Positions 54,756 to 64,000 of a DNA stretch of 64,000 bases are shown here, piece after piece. Source of the DNA: Candidatus Aminicenantes bacterium (GTDB lineage Bacteria > Acidobacteriota > Aminicenantia > Aminicenantales > JAFGBC01); NCBI GenBank assembly GCA_963702005.1, contig OY969696.1, positions 640,001-704,000 on the forward strand. Reading direction: 5' to 3'. Made by a program: the position numbers and the translations under genes. Every line of letters begins with the position of its first letter. Within the stretch, counting starts at the first letter, position 1. Under the pieces are notes generated by a model, which was not told the origin of the DNA, ran no database searches, and worked only from the letters and a program-made list of their open reading frames with translations.

Positions 54756-55000
54756 TTTAATATTATACCACAACTTGATCCTAATGCAAAGGTTTTTTTG
54801 CTAAAATCGAAAAAATATTTCCCCGGGACCTTAGGGAACGGCTTTGGATGGTTTCTTGACGTCTGGAAGCCGGTTTTAGGGCCGAAACTGCCGGAATCGA
54901 GGGGTTTAAGCCCGCGTTTTTGACGAAAGCGGCCTCTATCCCTTAAAATAGGGTGCGGAATGAAGCCAAATGACCCTGAATCTCGGTGGGGGAGGACACC

Positions 55001-56407
55001 ATGAATAAAGCGGAATTCCGGCGCTACGGACATCAGTTTGTGGACTGGGTTGCCGATTATATGGAGGACGCCCGCGGCCGCCGGATCGTTCCGGACCTCA
55101 AGCCGGGGGAGATCCGATCCGCTCTGCCTCCCAATCCGCCCCTTAAACCCGAGTCGATGGATGACCTATTCAAGGACTTCAAAGAAATGATCCTGCCCGG
55201 GATGACCCATTGGCAGCATCCAGGCTGGTACGCCTATTTTCCGGCCAACAACAGTCCCGAGTCCGTCTTGGGCGAGATCCTGACGGCCGGATTGGGCGCC
55301 CAATGCATGAGCTGGCAGACCTCGCCCGCCGCGACCGAGCTCGAGGACCTGGTCATGGACTGGTTGAGACAGATGCTCGGGCTGCCGGCCGGGATGAGCG
55401 GCGTCATCCAGGACACGGCCTCGACGGCGACGCTCTGCGCCCTCCTTTCCGCCCGGGAGCGGGCGACCGATTACGAGTCGAACGACTACGGGCTGCGCCG
55501 GCCCTTGACCGTCTACGTGTCGAGCGAGACCCACTCGAGCATCGAGAAAGGCGTCAAGATCGCCGGCTACGGACGGGAGTATCTCCGGCGCATCGAGACC
55601 GACGGGGCCTACGCCATGATTCCGGAGAAGCTCGAAGCGGCCGTCCGCGGGGACAAGGAGCGGGGATTCCAGCCGGGCTGTGTTGTCGCGACGCTCGGGA
55701 CGACGTCGTCGACGGCCGTCGACCCGCTCCGGCCGATCGGGGAAATCGCCGCCCGCCACGGGATGTGGCTCCACGTCGACGCGGCCTACGCCGGTACGGC
55801 GGCCCTCTGTCCCGAAAACCGCGGGATGTTGGACGGGGCCGAATACATGGACTCTTTCGTCTTCAACCCCCACAAGTGGATGCTGACGAACTTCGACTGC
55901 TCGGCTTACTTCGTCAAAGATCCCGGCGCGCTCATCCGGACTTTCGAGATCCACCCCGAGTACCTCAAGACGGGTGTCGACCCCTTCGTCAAGAACTACC
56001 GAGATTGGGGGATCCAGCTCGGCCGGCGCTTCCGGGCCCTCAAGCTCTGGTTCGTCATCCGCTCCTATGGGGTCGAGGGGCTCCAGGCTTTCGTCCGGGA
56101 GCACCAGCGCTTGGCCCGGCTGTTCAAGGACTGGGTCGAGGCGGACCGACGCTTCGAGCTCATGGCGCCGGTGCCCTTCGGGCTCGTCTGCTTCCGCCTC
56201 AACGACGGGAGGAGCGAGGGCGCGCTCAACGACCTCAACAAGAGGTTCCTGGAATGGATCAACGCGGCGGGAGGGCTTTTCATGACCCACACGACCCTCA
56301 ACGGAAAGTACACGCTGCGGCTGGTCATCGGCGCCCGAGCGACGACCGAGGCCGACGTCAGGGCCGCCTGGGAGGTCATCCGTTCCGCGGCGGCCGAAGT
56401 CCTCTAG
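55001..56407 (+). CDS. PLP-dependent aromatic-L-amino-acid decarboxylase (group II)
   Basis: THWQHP, SPAATELE, LHVDAAYAG, NPHKW, LGRRFRALKLWF. Confidence 0.93.
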   Translation: MNKAEFRRYGHQFVDWVADYMEDARGRRIVPDLKPGEIRSALPPNPPLKPESMDDLFKDFKEMILPGMTHWQHPGWYAYFPANNSPESVLGEILTAGLGAQCMSWQTSPAATELEDLVMDWLRQMLGLPAGMSGVIQDTASTATLCALLSARERATDYESNDYGLRRPLTVYVSSETHSSIEKGVKIAGYGREYLRRIETDGAYAMIPEKLEAAVRGDKERGFQPGCVVATLGTTSSTAVDPLRPIGEIAARHGMWLHVDAAYAGTAALCPENRGMLDGAEYMDSFVFNPHKWMLTNFDCSAYFVKDPGALIRTFEIHPEYLKTGVDPFVKNYRDWGIQLGRRFRALKLWFVIRSYGVEGLQAFVREHQRLARLFKDWVEADRRFELMAPVPFGLVCFRLNDGRSEGALNDLNKRFLEWINAAGGLFMTHTTLNGKYTLRLVIGARATTEADVRAAWEVIRSAAAEVL

Positions 56408-56421
56408 TCGGCCGATTCCGG

Positions 56422-58446
56422 CTATCGCCTCCCAAGCAAGGGCTGAACGGCATAGCCGAGATTTCCGGCCGGGTCGGCGAAACGGACGTAGTAGCCCCAG
56501 CCGCCCGCGCCCTGGAGGACTTTGATCAGGACCTTGTTCCAGCCCTTGCGGAGCCGGACCTTGACCGTGTCCTGGTCGGGGTAGGCGCCGCGGAGAGCCG
56601 GATTGGAATGGACGAGGGCGTCGTTGATCCAGACGCGGACGCCGTCGTCGCTCCCGAGAAGGAGCGCGGCGTCCCGGTCATCCGGCGATTGGACGTAAGC
56701 GAGCCCGTAGGCGACGGCGTATTCGTTGGGAGTGACGAACTCGGTCAGGGGGACATATCCGGATTCATCGGCCTTGATCCGGCGCCAGCCCACCTTGGCT
56801 CCGTCCTTCCCTTGATAGGTCTTGTCGAGAGCCGTCTCGGTCTCGGGAGGATAGGCGACGGTCAGCGAATCCATGTCGGGGGCGTCGAACGGGCCGATCA
56901 AGTTCCACTCCGTGATGAAGCGGCGCGCCGACGGCGTCAGGCCGAACCCGACGAAAGCCATGTCCATGCCGGCGGATTTGTCCGCCTTGCTCATGACCCT
57001 GAGGCTGATCGTGTTCGTCCCTTCGTCCAGAAGGACGGCCTTGAAACTCAAGCGAAGGAGCTTTTTCTCCGCGGCGAATCCGTCTAAGACGGCTTCTCCG
57101 AGGGGGACTTTTTTGGTGAGAGAGACGACCTCTACGGCTTTGATGATTCCCATCGCCGGGCCCGCCAGGAAATAGAGGTCCGCGTCGTAGCGATCGGCAA
57201 CCGCTACCGGGAAGCTGAGATCGGCCGGCGAGCCCGCCGCCGCCCCTTCCGTCATCAGGACCGGGTAGCGGGATCCGTCCGGGCCGTAATAGGAGGAGAG
57301 CGTTTGGACAAGCTTGGCCGCCGCGAAGCGAACCTTGGATTCCTTATCCTCGAACGCCGATCGGCCCGTCTCTTGGACTTCGTTCCACTTGGGCGCGACG
57401 AAATTTTCTGGGGGCTCGAAGGCGAAGGGCAGCCTTTCTCGGACCGGAGGCAAGGCCGGGAAAGGCCGATGGGGCTCCGTCTGGTACCAAAAAGCGACCG
57501 AAGAGTAATTGTCCGAACCGTTATTGGCATGTCCGTGCTCGATCGTGACCCGGATCGATTTTGTGAACGGAATCGGGTCCGGGATATGGAAGCGGTAGAC
57601 CGTGGCCTTGGACCCGACCTGAAAATCGTCTTCCTGCAGGGGGCAGCCGTAGAAGAGATTCCCGCCCTCTCTCATCCCCCAGGCGTCCGAGAAATAATCC
57701 TCGGAGCCCGTGCCGTGGAGAGAAGGCTTCTCCTCGCCGTCGATGAAGATCATATCGTCGCCCTCGCCCCACCAGCCCATGGCCCGCTGGAGGACGCTCA
57801 ATGCGCAGCCGACGTAATGGCCGCGGCCGACAGCGTCGAGGAGAAGATAGTTCCCGCCGCTCCCGCACGGCGTTTCCTGCCGGTATTGAGCGTGGAAGGT
57901 TGGCGTGTCGGCGGGCGGCGCGGGGAGCACCCGGTAGTCGATGTAGTAATAGAAAGCCGGGATAGCCTCGGAGCCTTCGTTGCTGGCCGTGATCCGGGCC
58001 GACCTCTGAAACGGCATGAACCAGTAGCAGTTCCTGGCCCGGCCTTCCGACGAGCAGGCGATCGGGAGCGAGCTCAAGTTGCGGTTGAGGCCGTGGCCGA
58101 CGCCGAAGAAATCGCCGATCGGGGCCTCGACGGACGGGACCGACTCCCCGTCCCAGAACATACGGAGGACGATCTTCCGGCCGTAAAAGGACTCGGCGGC
58201 GATCGTGACCCAGATGTGGTGGACGGCTCCCGGCCCTTTAAGGTCGGCCAGGACGGCGGTCGCGCCGGGCTCGATGGTCAGGGAGTCCTTATTCCCGCCC
58301 GTCCGGTCGTAGGACGAGACTCGCTTCGAGACGTAATCCTGGGGCCGGCCCAGCTTGTCGAGGAGATCCTGGCCGGAGGATACGGCGGCGAATGAAGTCA
58401 GGGCCAAGCCCGCGATCAGAGAGACAACTTTGCTTTTCGGTTTCAT
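56422..58446 (-). CDS. DUF2961/GH172 glycoside hydrolase with C-terminal extension
   Basis: SSYDRTGGN, GPGAVHHIW, WWGEGDD, GTGSEDYF, YRFHIPDPI, IEHGH. Confidence 0.88.
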   Translation of the reverse strand: MKPKSKVVSLIAGLALTSFAAVSSGQDLLDKLGRPQDYVSKRVSSYDRTGGNKDSLTIEPGATAVLADLKGPGAVHHIWVTIAAESFYGRKIVLRMFWDGESVPSVEAPIGDFFGVGHGLNRNLSSLPIACSSEGRARNCYWFMPFQRSARITASNEGSEAIPAFYYYIDYRVLPAPPADTPTFHAQYRQETPCGSGGNYLLLDAVGRGHYVGCALSVLQRAMGWWGEGDDMIFIDGEEKPSLHGTGSEDYFSDAWGMREGGNLFYGCPLQEDDFQVGSKATVYRFHIPDPIPFTKSIRVTIEHGHANNGSDNYSSVAFWYQTEPHRPFPALPPVRERLPFAFEPPENFVAPKWNEVQETGRSAFEDKESKVRFAAAKLVQTLSSYYGPDGSRYPVLMTEGAAAGSPADLSFPVAVADRYDADLYFLAGPAMGIIKAVEVVSLTKKVPLGEAVLDGFAAEKKLLRLSFKAVLLDEGTNTISLRVMSKADKSAGMDMAFVGFGLTPSARRFITEWNLIGPFDAPDMDSLTVAYPPETETALDKTYQGKDGAKVGWRRIKADESGYVPLTEFVTPNEYAVAYGLAYVQSPDDRDAALLLGSDDGVRVWINDALVHSNPALRGAYPDQDTVKVRLRKGWNKVLIKVLQGAGGWGYYVRFADPAGNLGYAVQPLLGRR

Positions 58447-58471
58447 GGCCACCTCCCTCCTGGCCGGGTCC

Positions 58472-59437
58472 CTAAGCACGGATGAGAGTCAGCCACTTCT
58501 CGTAGGCCATGTTCCGGCCGCCCACGATATCTTTGAAGGCCTTGGTCAACTCGAGAGTCAACCGGCCCGGACGGCCGTTGCCGATCGGGGCGTCCTTGAC
58601 GGTCTGGCCCGGGTCCGAGGCATCCCGGAAGCGGACGATCGGGATAACCTCGACGGCCGTGCCCGTGAAGAAGGCTTCGTCGGCCGCGAAGAACTCGTCC
58701 TTGCCGATCGGGCCGACCCGGGTCTTGTGGCCCAAATCGCGGGCGACCTCGAGGATGCTCGTCCGGGTGATCCCCTCCAAGACGGATTCGGTTTTATCGT
58801 TTGTCTTGAGGACGCCGTCCTTGACAATGAAGATGTTCTCGCCGGGGCCCTCGGCGATCCGGCCCTCCAGGTTGAGGAAGACGGCCTCGTCGCAACCCTG
58901 GGCCCTCGCCTCCAGTCCGCAGATCGTGGATTGGACGTAGACGCCGCCCAGCTTGGCCGTCATCTGGAGCTGGCTGTAGTGGATGCGCCGCCAGGGCAGG
59001 ATATAGACGCAGACGCCCTGGTCGGCTTTTTCGCCCAAATAGGTGGCCCATTCCCAGCAGCCGATGGTGAGCTCGACCGGCGAGGCCTTGGGGACGAGGC
59101 CGAGGTTGCCGTACGAAAAGAATAAGAGGGGCCGGATGTAGGCGGCCTCGAGCCCGTTTTCGATCATCGTCAGCTTGATGGCGGCGATGACTTCGTCTTT
59201 CGTATGGGGAACGTCCATCCTGAGCACCGAGGCCGAATGGAAAAGGCGGTCGATATGCTCGGGCAGACGGAAGACGGCCGGACCCCGCGCCGTGTTGTAG
59301 GCCCGGATCCCCTCGAAGACCGAAGTCCCGTAGTGGAGGCCGTGGAGCATGGGGTGGAGGACGGCCCGGGACCAGTCGAAGAGCTGTCCTTTGTACCAAT
59401 AGAGCTTCGCCTTCGGAAAATGCGTGTTAGGAAACAT
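58472..59437 (-). CDS. ilvE: Branched-chain amino acid aminotransferase
   Basis: LHYGTSVFEGIRAY, YIRP, EGPGENIF, LEGITR, FFTGTA; AGGAG SD. Confidence 0.94.
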   Translation of the reverse strand: MFPNTHFPKAKLYWYKGQLFDWSRAVLHPMLHGLHYGTSVFEGIRAYNTARGPAVFRLPEHIDRLFHSASVLRMDVPHTKDEVIAAIKLTMIENGLEAAYIRPLLFFSYGNLGLVPKASPVELTIGCWEWATYLGEKADQGVCVYILPWRRIHYSQLQMTAKLGGVYVQSTICGLEARAQGCDEAVFLNLEGRIAEGPGENIFIVKDGVLKTNDKTESVLEGITRTSILEVARDLGHKTRVGPIGKDEFFAADEAFFTGTAVEVIPIVRFRDASDPGQTVKDAPIGNGRPGRLTLELTKAFKDIVGGRNMAYEKWLTLIRA

Positions 59438-59610
59438 AGCGGACTCCTTGTAGGACATTTGCGACGTGCAGATATCCCCCTTGCCGGCTCTCGAAGAGCC
59501 AAGACCGGATCGCCGTCTTTTTGAAAAAGAAGACCGACCTCTGTATTGAAATTGTCTTATATCATATCTAAAAAATAATGAAAAGAGATCAAGACGCCTT
59601 TAATGACGTC

Positions 59611-60561
59611 TTAGCGGCCTTCGAAGTAATGGCGGCCCTTATGGGCGACCGGCCGGGCGAGGCCTTTCCGGAGAAGGAAGGCGAGCCGCGCCTGGACCTC
59701 CTGGGCCGGTCGGCCCAGGGACAGGGCCAGGTCCTTGAGAGTGACCGGCCTTCGCTTGAGGACGGCCAGGACGTCCTCGGCGCGGAGACGTGAGGCGTTC
59801 GTCCGGCCCTGCTTCCGGAAGTCGGCGATGATTTCAGCATGGGCGCCGAGAATCCGCTTGGCGCGTTCGAGATCGGCGCGACTGAGAGGGCGGGCGCGTC
59901 TTTCGGCGGGAGGGCGAACGACCGTATTGAGCTGGACTCGGTCCGGGCTCAAGGCTTCGATGAGAGGTCTGAGGCGGCGAAGGTGGGCGGGGCTGTCGTT
60001 GACGCCCTTGATGAGCATGACCTCGAGCCAGATCCGGCCCGGGAATTCCTTCCTGAATACATTGAGGCCCCGAATGATCCGGGCAAACCCGACCGAGGGA
60101 TGAGGACGGTTGACCCTGTCCAGCACGGCTTGATCCGCGGCGTCGAGGGTCGGGATGACGATATCGGCTTCGGCCAGGCCGAGGCGGACGGCCTTCCTGT
60201 AGAGCAGGGAGCCGTTGGTCAGGACCGCGACCGGTACGCCGGCCATTTTTTTTATCCTCCGGATGAGCCCCCCCAGGGACCTGTAGAGCGTCGGCTCGCC
60301 CGTTCCGGACAGGGTGATACAATCGATCTTTTTCCCGGAGCGGAGGGCTTCGCGGACCTGGTCGAGGACGTCGACGACGGGGAAGAAATCCCGGCGCCGG
60401 GCGGTCTTGTGGGTCGTACGACCGACCTGACAGTAGACGCAGTCGAAAGTACAATATTTAAGGGGAACGAGGTCGATGCCGAGCGAATAGCCGAGCCGCC
60501 GGGACGGGACGGGACCGTAGACGTATTGGGGGCTGTCGGGCTGGAGGGCGGGGAGCGTCAT
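59611..60561 (-). CDS. Radical SAM protein (COG0731/TYW1-like)
   Basis: [29 protein letters not shown]-terminal HTH. Confidence 0.88.
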   Translation of the reverse strand: MTLPALQPDSPQYVYGPVPSRRLGYSLGIDLVPLKYCTFDCVYCQVGRTTHKTARRRDFFPVVDVLDQVREALRSGKKIDCITLSGTGEPTLYRSLGGLIRRIKKMAGVPVAVLTNGSLLYRKAVRLGLAEADIVIPTLDAADQAVLDRVNRPHPSVGFARIIRGLNVFRKEFPGRIWLEVMLIKGVNDSPAHLRRLRPLIEALSPDRVQLNTVVRPPAERRARPLSRADLERAKRILGAHAEIIADFRKQGRTNASRLRAEDVLAVLKRRPVTLKDLALSLGRPAQEVQARLAFLLRKGLARPVAHKGRHYFEGR

Positions 60562-60758
60562 CGGCCTTGATGGACCCGGATGAACCTTAGGATCGATCTG
60601 TCGTAAGTCTTTTCCACGGCGTCCGGGAAAAAGCAGGCGGGGAGTTCGCCCTGATTTTTATGATAGACGAGGCATTCGCAACACAAGCCTTTTCGGGAGC
60701 AAGGTTCATAACTGCAATTGCAGCGCGAAAGGTTCTTTGGTTTGAGGCATTCCGACAT
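60558..60758 (-). CDS. Small Cys-rich protein (DUF6485-like)
   Basis: [18 protein letters not shown]...ELPACFF; ATGA overlap with the radical SAM gene. Confidence 0.8.
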   Translation of the reverse strand: MSECLKPKNLSRCNCSYEPCSRKGLCCECLVYHKNQGELPACFFPDAVEKTYDRSILRFIRVHQGR

Positions 60759-60849
60759 GGCATCCTCGCCGAAGTATTATACAACTTCTCTTCGTTTGTG
60801 TCCGGGCCGGGTTTTCGATAAGATAGCCCTGTTCCAAGGAGTTGACGCC

Positions 60850-61248
60850 ATGTCCCGATACACGGAGAAAGAAGCCAAGGCCGGGCTCGGGGCGAAACTG
60901 CCGGCGCTCGAGACCTTTCCCAACCAGTTCTCCGGCTACGAAATCCTGATCGAGATCCCCGAGTTCACCTCGGTCTGCCCCAAGACGGGCCTCCCCGACT
61001 TCGGGACGATTTCGATCCGCTATATTCCGCGGGCGCGCGTCCTCGAGCTCAAATCCCTCAAGGAGTACATTCTGGCCTATCGGACTCTCGGCATCTTCTA
61101 CGAGAACGTCGTCAATCGCGTCCTCGAGGACGTCGTCAAAGCCAGCCGGCCCGTTCGGGCTCGCGTCACGGGCGCCTTCAGGCCCCGGGGCGGGATCCAA
61201 TCGACCGTGGTCGCGACGTTTCCTCGCTCCAAGGATTTCTCCGACTGA
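60850..61248 (+). CDS. queF: preQ0 reductase (type I)
   Basis: EFTSVCPKTGLPDFG, ELKSLK, PRGGI. Confidence 0.95.
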   Translation: MSRYTEKEAKAGLGAKLPALETFPNQFSGYEILIEIPEFTSVCPKTGLPDFGTISIRYIPRARVLELKSLKEYILAYRTLGIFYENVVNRVLEDVVKASRPVRARVTGAFRPRGGIQSTVVATFPRSKDFSD

Positions 61249-62189
61249 TGCGGACGGGCCTCCCCTCCCACCCCCCCGGTCCGGGCCGAACGGCGAGCGT
61301 CGGATTCGGGACGACGGACCTGTTCATGATCCTGACCGTCCTCGTCTGGGGGATCAACCTCTCCCTCATCAAGATCTCCCTCAAGGAGCTTCGTCCCCAC
61401 GCCTTCAACGGGGTCCGGCTGTCCGTCTCCGCGCTCCTGTTTGGAATCGTTCTGCTGACCGGCCGCGGGAAGGCCCCGGCCTTGGGAAGGGACATTTGGA
61501 AGGTTCTCGGGCTCGCCGTCCTGGGCTGGACTCTCTACCAATGGCTCTTCATCCAGGGGATCGAGCATACGGCGGCTTCGACGACCTCCCTGATCCTGGC
61601 CATGTCCCCGGTTTTCGTGGCCGTTCTCAGCACCCTCCTCGGCTATGAGAAAATCCACTGGGCCGCCTGGCTGGGCATCGCCATCTCGTTCTTCGGCTTC
61701 TACGCGGTCATCACCGGTCCCCTCTTGTCGTTCCGGCTCTCGGCCGGGGCGCTCCGGGGTGATCTGCTCCTCCTGGCCGCGAACATTTGTTGGGCCCTCT
61801 ACACCGTCTTGTCTAAAAGTCTTCTGGAACGGATTCCTCCGCTGCGGCTGGCCGCCCTGACGGCTATCCCGGGGACGATTCTCTATCTTCCTCTGGCAGC
61901 CCGGGACATGGCCGCGCAACGTTATGCCGGCGTATCCTGGGGGGCCTGGGGAGCGCTCATGTTCTCGGCCACGCTCGCCATCTTCGCCGGCTATATTATC
62001 TGGTATGCCTCGATCAGGCGAGTCGGAAACGCCAAAACCGCCATCTATTCGACGCTCAACCCGATTTTCGCCGTGCTGTTCGCGGCGCTGTTCCTGTCCG
62101 AGACGATCACAGCCGTTCAAGTCGGCGGGGCCGCCGTCATCCTGGCCGGCGTCTACCTGACCCGCTCCGGCTACCGGCTGTTCAGGTGA
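61248..62189 (+). CDS. DMT/EamA family transporter
   Basis: Ten-TM EamA duplication; TGATG coupling to queF. Confidence 0.9.
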   Translation: MRTGLPSHPPGPGRTASVGFGTTDLFMILTVLVWGINLSLIKISLKELRPHAFNGVRLSVSALLFGIVLLTGRGKAPALGRDIWKVLGLAVLGWTLYQWLFIQGIEHTAASTTSLILAMSPVFVAVLSTLLGYEKIHWAAWLGIAISFFGFYAVITGPLLSFRLSAGALRGDLLLLAANICWALYTVLSKSLLERIPPLRLAALTAIPGTILYLPLAARDMAAQRYAGVSWGAWGALMFSATLAIFAGYIIWYASIRRVGNAKTAIYSTLNPIFAVLFAALFLSETITAVQVGGAAVILAGVYLTRSGYRLFR

Positions 62190-62198
62190 GGGGCGGCT

Positions 62199-62810
62199 CT
62201 ACCTTAATTTATAGATCTTGTGGAGCTGGAGAGTCAGCCGGACGTTGGGGAGGTTGGCTTTCAGGGAGCGCCTGAGAAGGCGAAGGGCCTTGTCGCGGCT
62301 GTCCTTCCGGTTCGATTCCGGCTGAAGCAGGATGGGGGTTCCGGCCGGGAACTCCCCGCGCAGCCTCTCCACGACGGCGTAGGTCAATTCTCGGCTGACG
62401 ACGAGCTTGATTTCCTGCGCCCGGCGGCGCCAGCGGGGATGATAAGAATAGGATCCCGGCTTGGGCGAGAGCGTGATCCAGTCGAAGGAGACGGGCTGGA
62501 AAAGAGTCCCGTTCGTCTCGACCTGGACCTTAAACCCGCGGGCCCGGAGGCCGGAGACGAGCCCGCTCAAGTTCTGGAGGAGAGGCTCGCCGCCGGTCAG
62601 GCAGACCCAGCTGGCGGGGAAGCCGCACCGGAGAGCCGTCAGGCGGCGGATGAGGTGGGCCGTCGTTGCGTCCCGGCCGCCGCTCCAGGCCCGCTTGGTG
62701 TCGCAGAATGGGCAGCGGAGGTTGCAGCCGGCCAGCCTGATGAAGAGCGTCGGCTCGCCCTGGCGGAGCCCTTCGCCCTGGACCGAGGCGAAAACCTCAG
62801 CGATCTTCAC
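62199..62810 (-). CDS. queE: 7-carboxy-7-deazaguanine synthase
   Basis: EVFASVQGEG, CNLRCPFCDT, TGGEP, ETNG, SPK, QLHK; GTG start. Confidence 0.94.
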   Translation of the reverse strand: MKIAEVFASVQGEGLRQGEPTLFIRLAGCNLRCPFCDTKRAWSGGRDATTAHLIRRLTALRCGFPASWVCLTGGEPLLQNLSGLVSGLRARGFKVQVETNGTLFQPVSFDWITLSPKPGSYSYHPRWRRRAQEIKLVVSRELTYAVVERLRGEFPAGTPILLQPESNRKDSRDKALRLLRRSLKANLPNVRLTLQLHKIYKLR

Positions 62811-63144
62811 GGTACGTGGCCGACGCCTCGTCTGATTCCCAGACCGTGATGGCCGCGACCGGATAGCGTGTCTTGAGCTCGCGGTAGAAATGACGGGCCA
62901 GGTTCTCGGCCGAGGGATTGAAGGGGAGGACGTCGTTGAGGAGCGTATGGTCGGGCAGGATCGCGGCCAGGCTCGCTTTGATCTCAATGAAGTCGATCCC
63001 GATGCCCGTAGCGTCGAGCTCCCGGACCTCGACCTGAACCTCGACCTGAAAGGTGTGGCCGTGGACCTTCTCGCACTTGCCCTTGTAGTCCTTCAAGAAG
63101 TGGGCGGCCTGGAACTTGTCCCGCACGCTGAGAAGCCAGCTCAT
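62797..63144 (-). CDS. queD: 6-carboxytetrahydropterin synthase
   Basis: AAH, CEKVHGH, IDF, DH, PSAENLA, VWES. Confidence 0.94.
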   Translation of the reverse strand: MSWLLSVRDKFQAAHFLKDYKGKCEKVHGHTFQVEVQVEVRELDATGIGIDFIEIKASLAAILPDHTLLNDVLPFNPSAENLARHFYRELKTRYPVAAITVWESDEASATYREDR

Positions 63145-63836
63145 AGGCGGCCCTCCTTTGCGAGTCTTGCGATAAGCGGGTCGGGACGGCCGACCTCCCG
63201 CCAGGCCCGCTGCCGCAGCAGGCAGGATGAGCAGCGGCGGCAGGGGATCTCGCCGCCGGCGTAACAGGAAACGGACCGCGCGTAGTCGGCCCGGAGCGAG
63301 AGACCTCGGCGGATGATCTCGGACTTTTTCATCTCCGCGAACGGCGCCAGGATTCGGATCCGGCCACAGCCCGAGACGGGCTTGGTCCCGGACCGGACGG
63401 CCTTTTCCATGGCCTTGACGAAGGCGGGGCGCGTGTCGGGATAGTGGGGCGAATCGATGACGTTGAACCCGCAGACGATGTCCCGGATGCCGCGGGCTTC
63501 GGCTAGGGCGGCGGCGACGGCCAGGAAGATCCCGTTGCGGAAGGGGACGTAGGTCGCCGGAACCCCGGGTCCGATCTCCTCGACCCGGCGGGGACGGGGG
63601 AGCGGGATGGAAAAGTCGGTCAGGGCCGAATCCCCGATTCGATCCAGCCGGATCGGAAAAATCTCGTGCCCGATCCCGAGCTTGCGGGCCGTCGCGCGGG
63701 CCATCCGGATTTCAACCCGGTGGCGCTGCCCGTAGTCGAACGTCAAGGCCCGGACGGAATCGTAGCGATTCCGGGCCCAGTACAGGGCCGTCGTCGAATC
63801 GATGCCGCCCGAAAAGAGGACTAAGGCTTGTTTCAC
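63141..63836 (-). CDS. queC: 7-cyano-7-deazaguanine synthase
   Basis: SGGIDST, FDYGQRH, TYVPFRN, YPD, SCY...CxxCxxC; GTG start. Confidence 0.95.
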   Translation of the reverse strand: MKQALVLFSGGIDSTTALYWARNRYDSVRALTFDYGQRHRVEIRMARATARKLGIGHEIFPIRLDRIGDSALTDFSIPLPRPRRVEEIGPGVPATYVPFRNGIFLAVAAALAEARGIRDIVCGFNVIDSPHYPDTRPAFVKAMEKAVRSGTKPVSGCGRIRILAPFAEMKKSEIIRRGLSLRADYARSVSCYAGGEIPCRRCSSCLLRQRAWREVGRPDPLIARLAKEGRL

Positions 63837-64000
63837 GCCGTTCGCTCCCGGCCCGATGATAAGGAATCGGCCGCTTTTTTTCAACCCCCTTCCCGGGAAA
63901 ATCCCGTCGCGCGGCTCCATTTTCATTCTTGTTTCATTCTTGACATTATTCCGTGGCCGGATATATGATTATCGCGGAATTGAGAGCCCTGCAAAGAACA

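Noticed and set aside
54452-55033. 193-aa and 107-aa ORFs in the btuB-decarboxylase intergenic region
   Set aside because: No SD, atypical composition; they run across a promoter, a terminator and a REP element.
63837-64000. preQ1 riboswitch upstream of queC
   Set aside because: No preQ1-I hairpin with A-rich tail or other recognisable aptamer; the region is cut by the window edge.

Overview
GC-rich bacterial chromosome segment. The gene repertoire (paired M16 peptidases, 6-bladed propeller and VWA-like secreted proteins, a GatD-like gene) suggests Acidobacteriota/Ca. Aminicenantes; this is inference only. The backbone carries peptidases, hrpA, an Fe/B12-type ABC importer, two GGDEF proteins, a surface-glycan cluster, btuB with a cobalamin riboswitch, ilvE and queC/D/E/F. 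An accessory zone (~17.9-29.3 kb) holds mgtA, two independently inserted copies of an IS481-like element, and an AT-rich pair of co-oriented genes: an Abi/UG(DRT)-type reverse transcriptase with an FKDD active site and a DUF6414-like protein. Removing the IS between them restores one long hairpin, and a second hairpin lies in the RT leader. This is the best candidate for an undescribed defence system. The window also holds many small palindromic elements: a 108-bp TGAC-flanked MITE (in-frame inside a gene, at three predicted -35 boxes, and itself invaded by smaller hairpins), nested REP-like elements with end duplications, and a twice-repeated structured element. A promoter- and terminator-bounded candidate sRNA carries anti-SD motifs. 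All family calls come from motif recognition by eye; no database searches were run.
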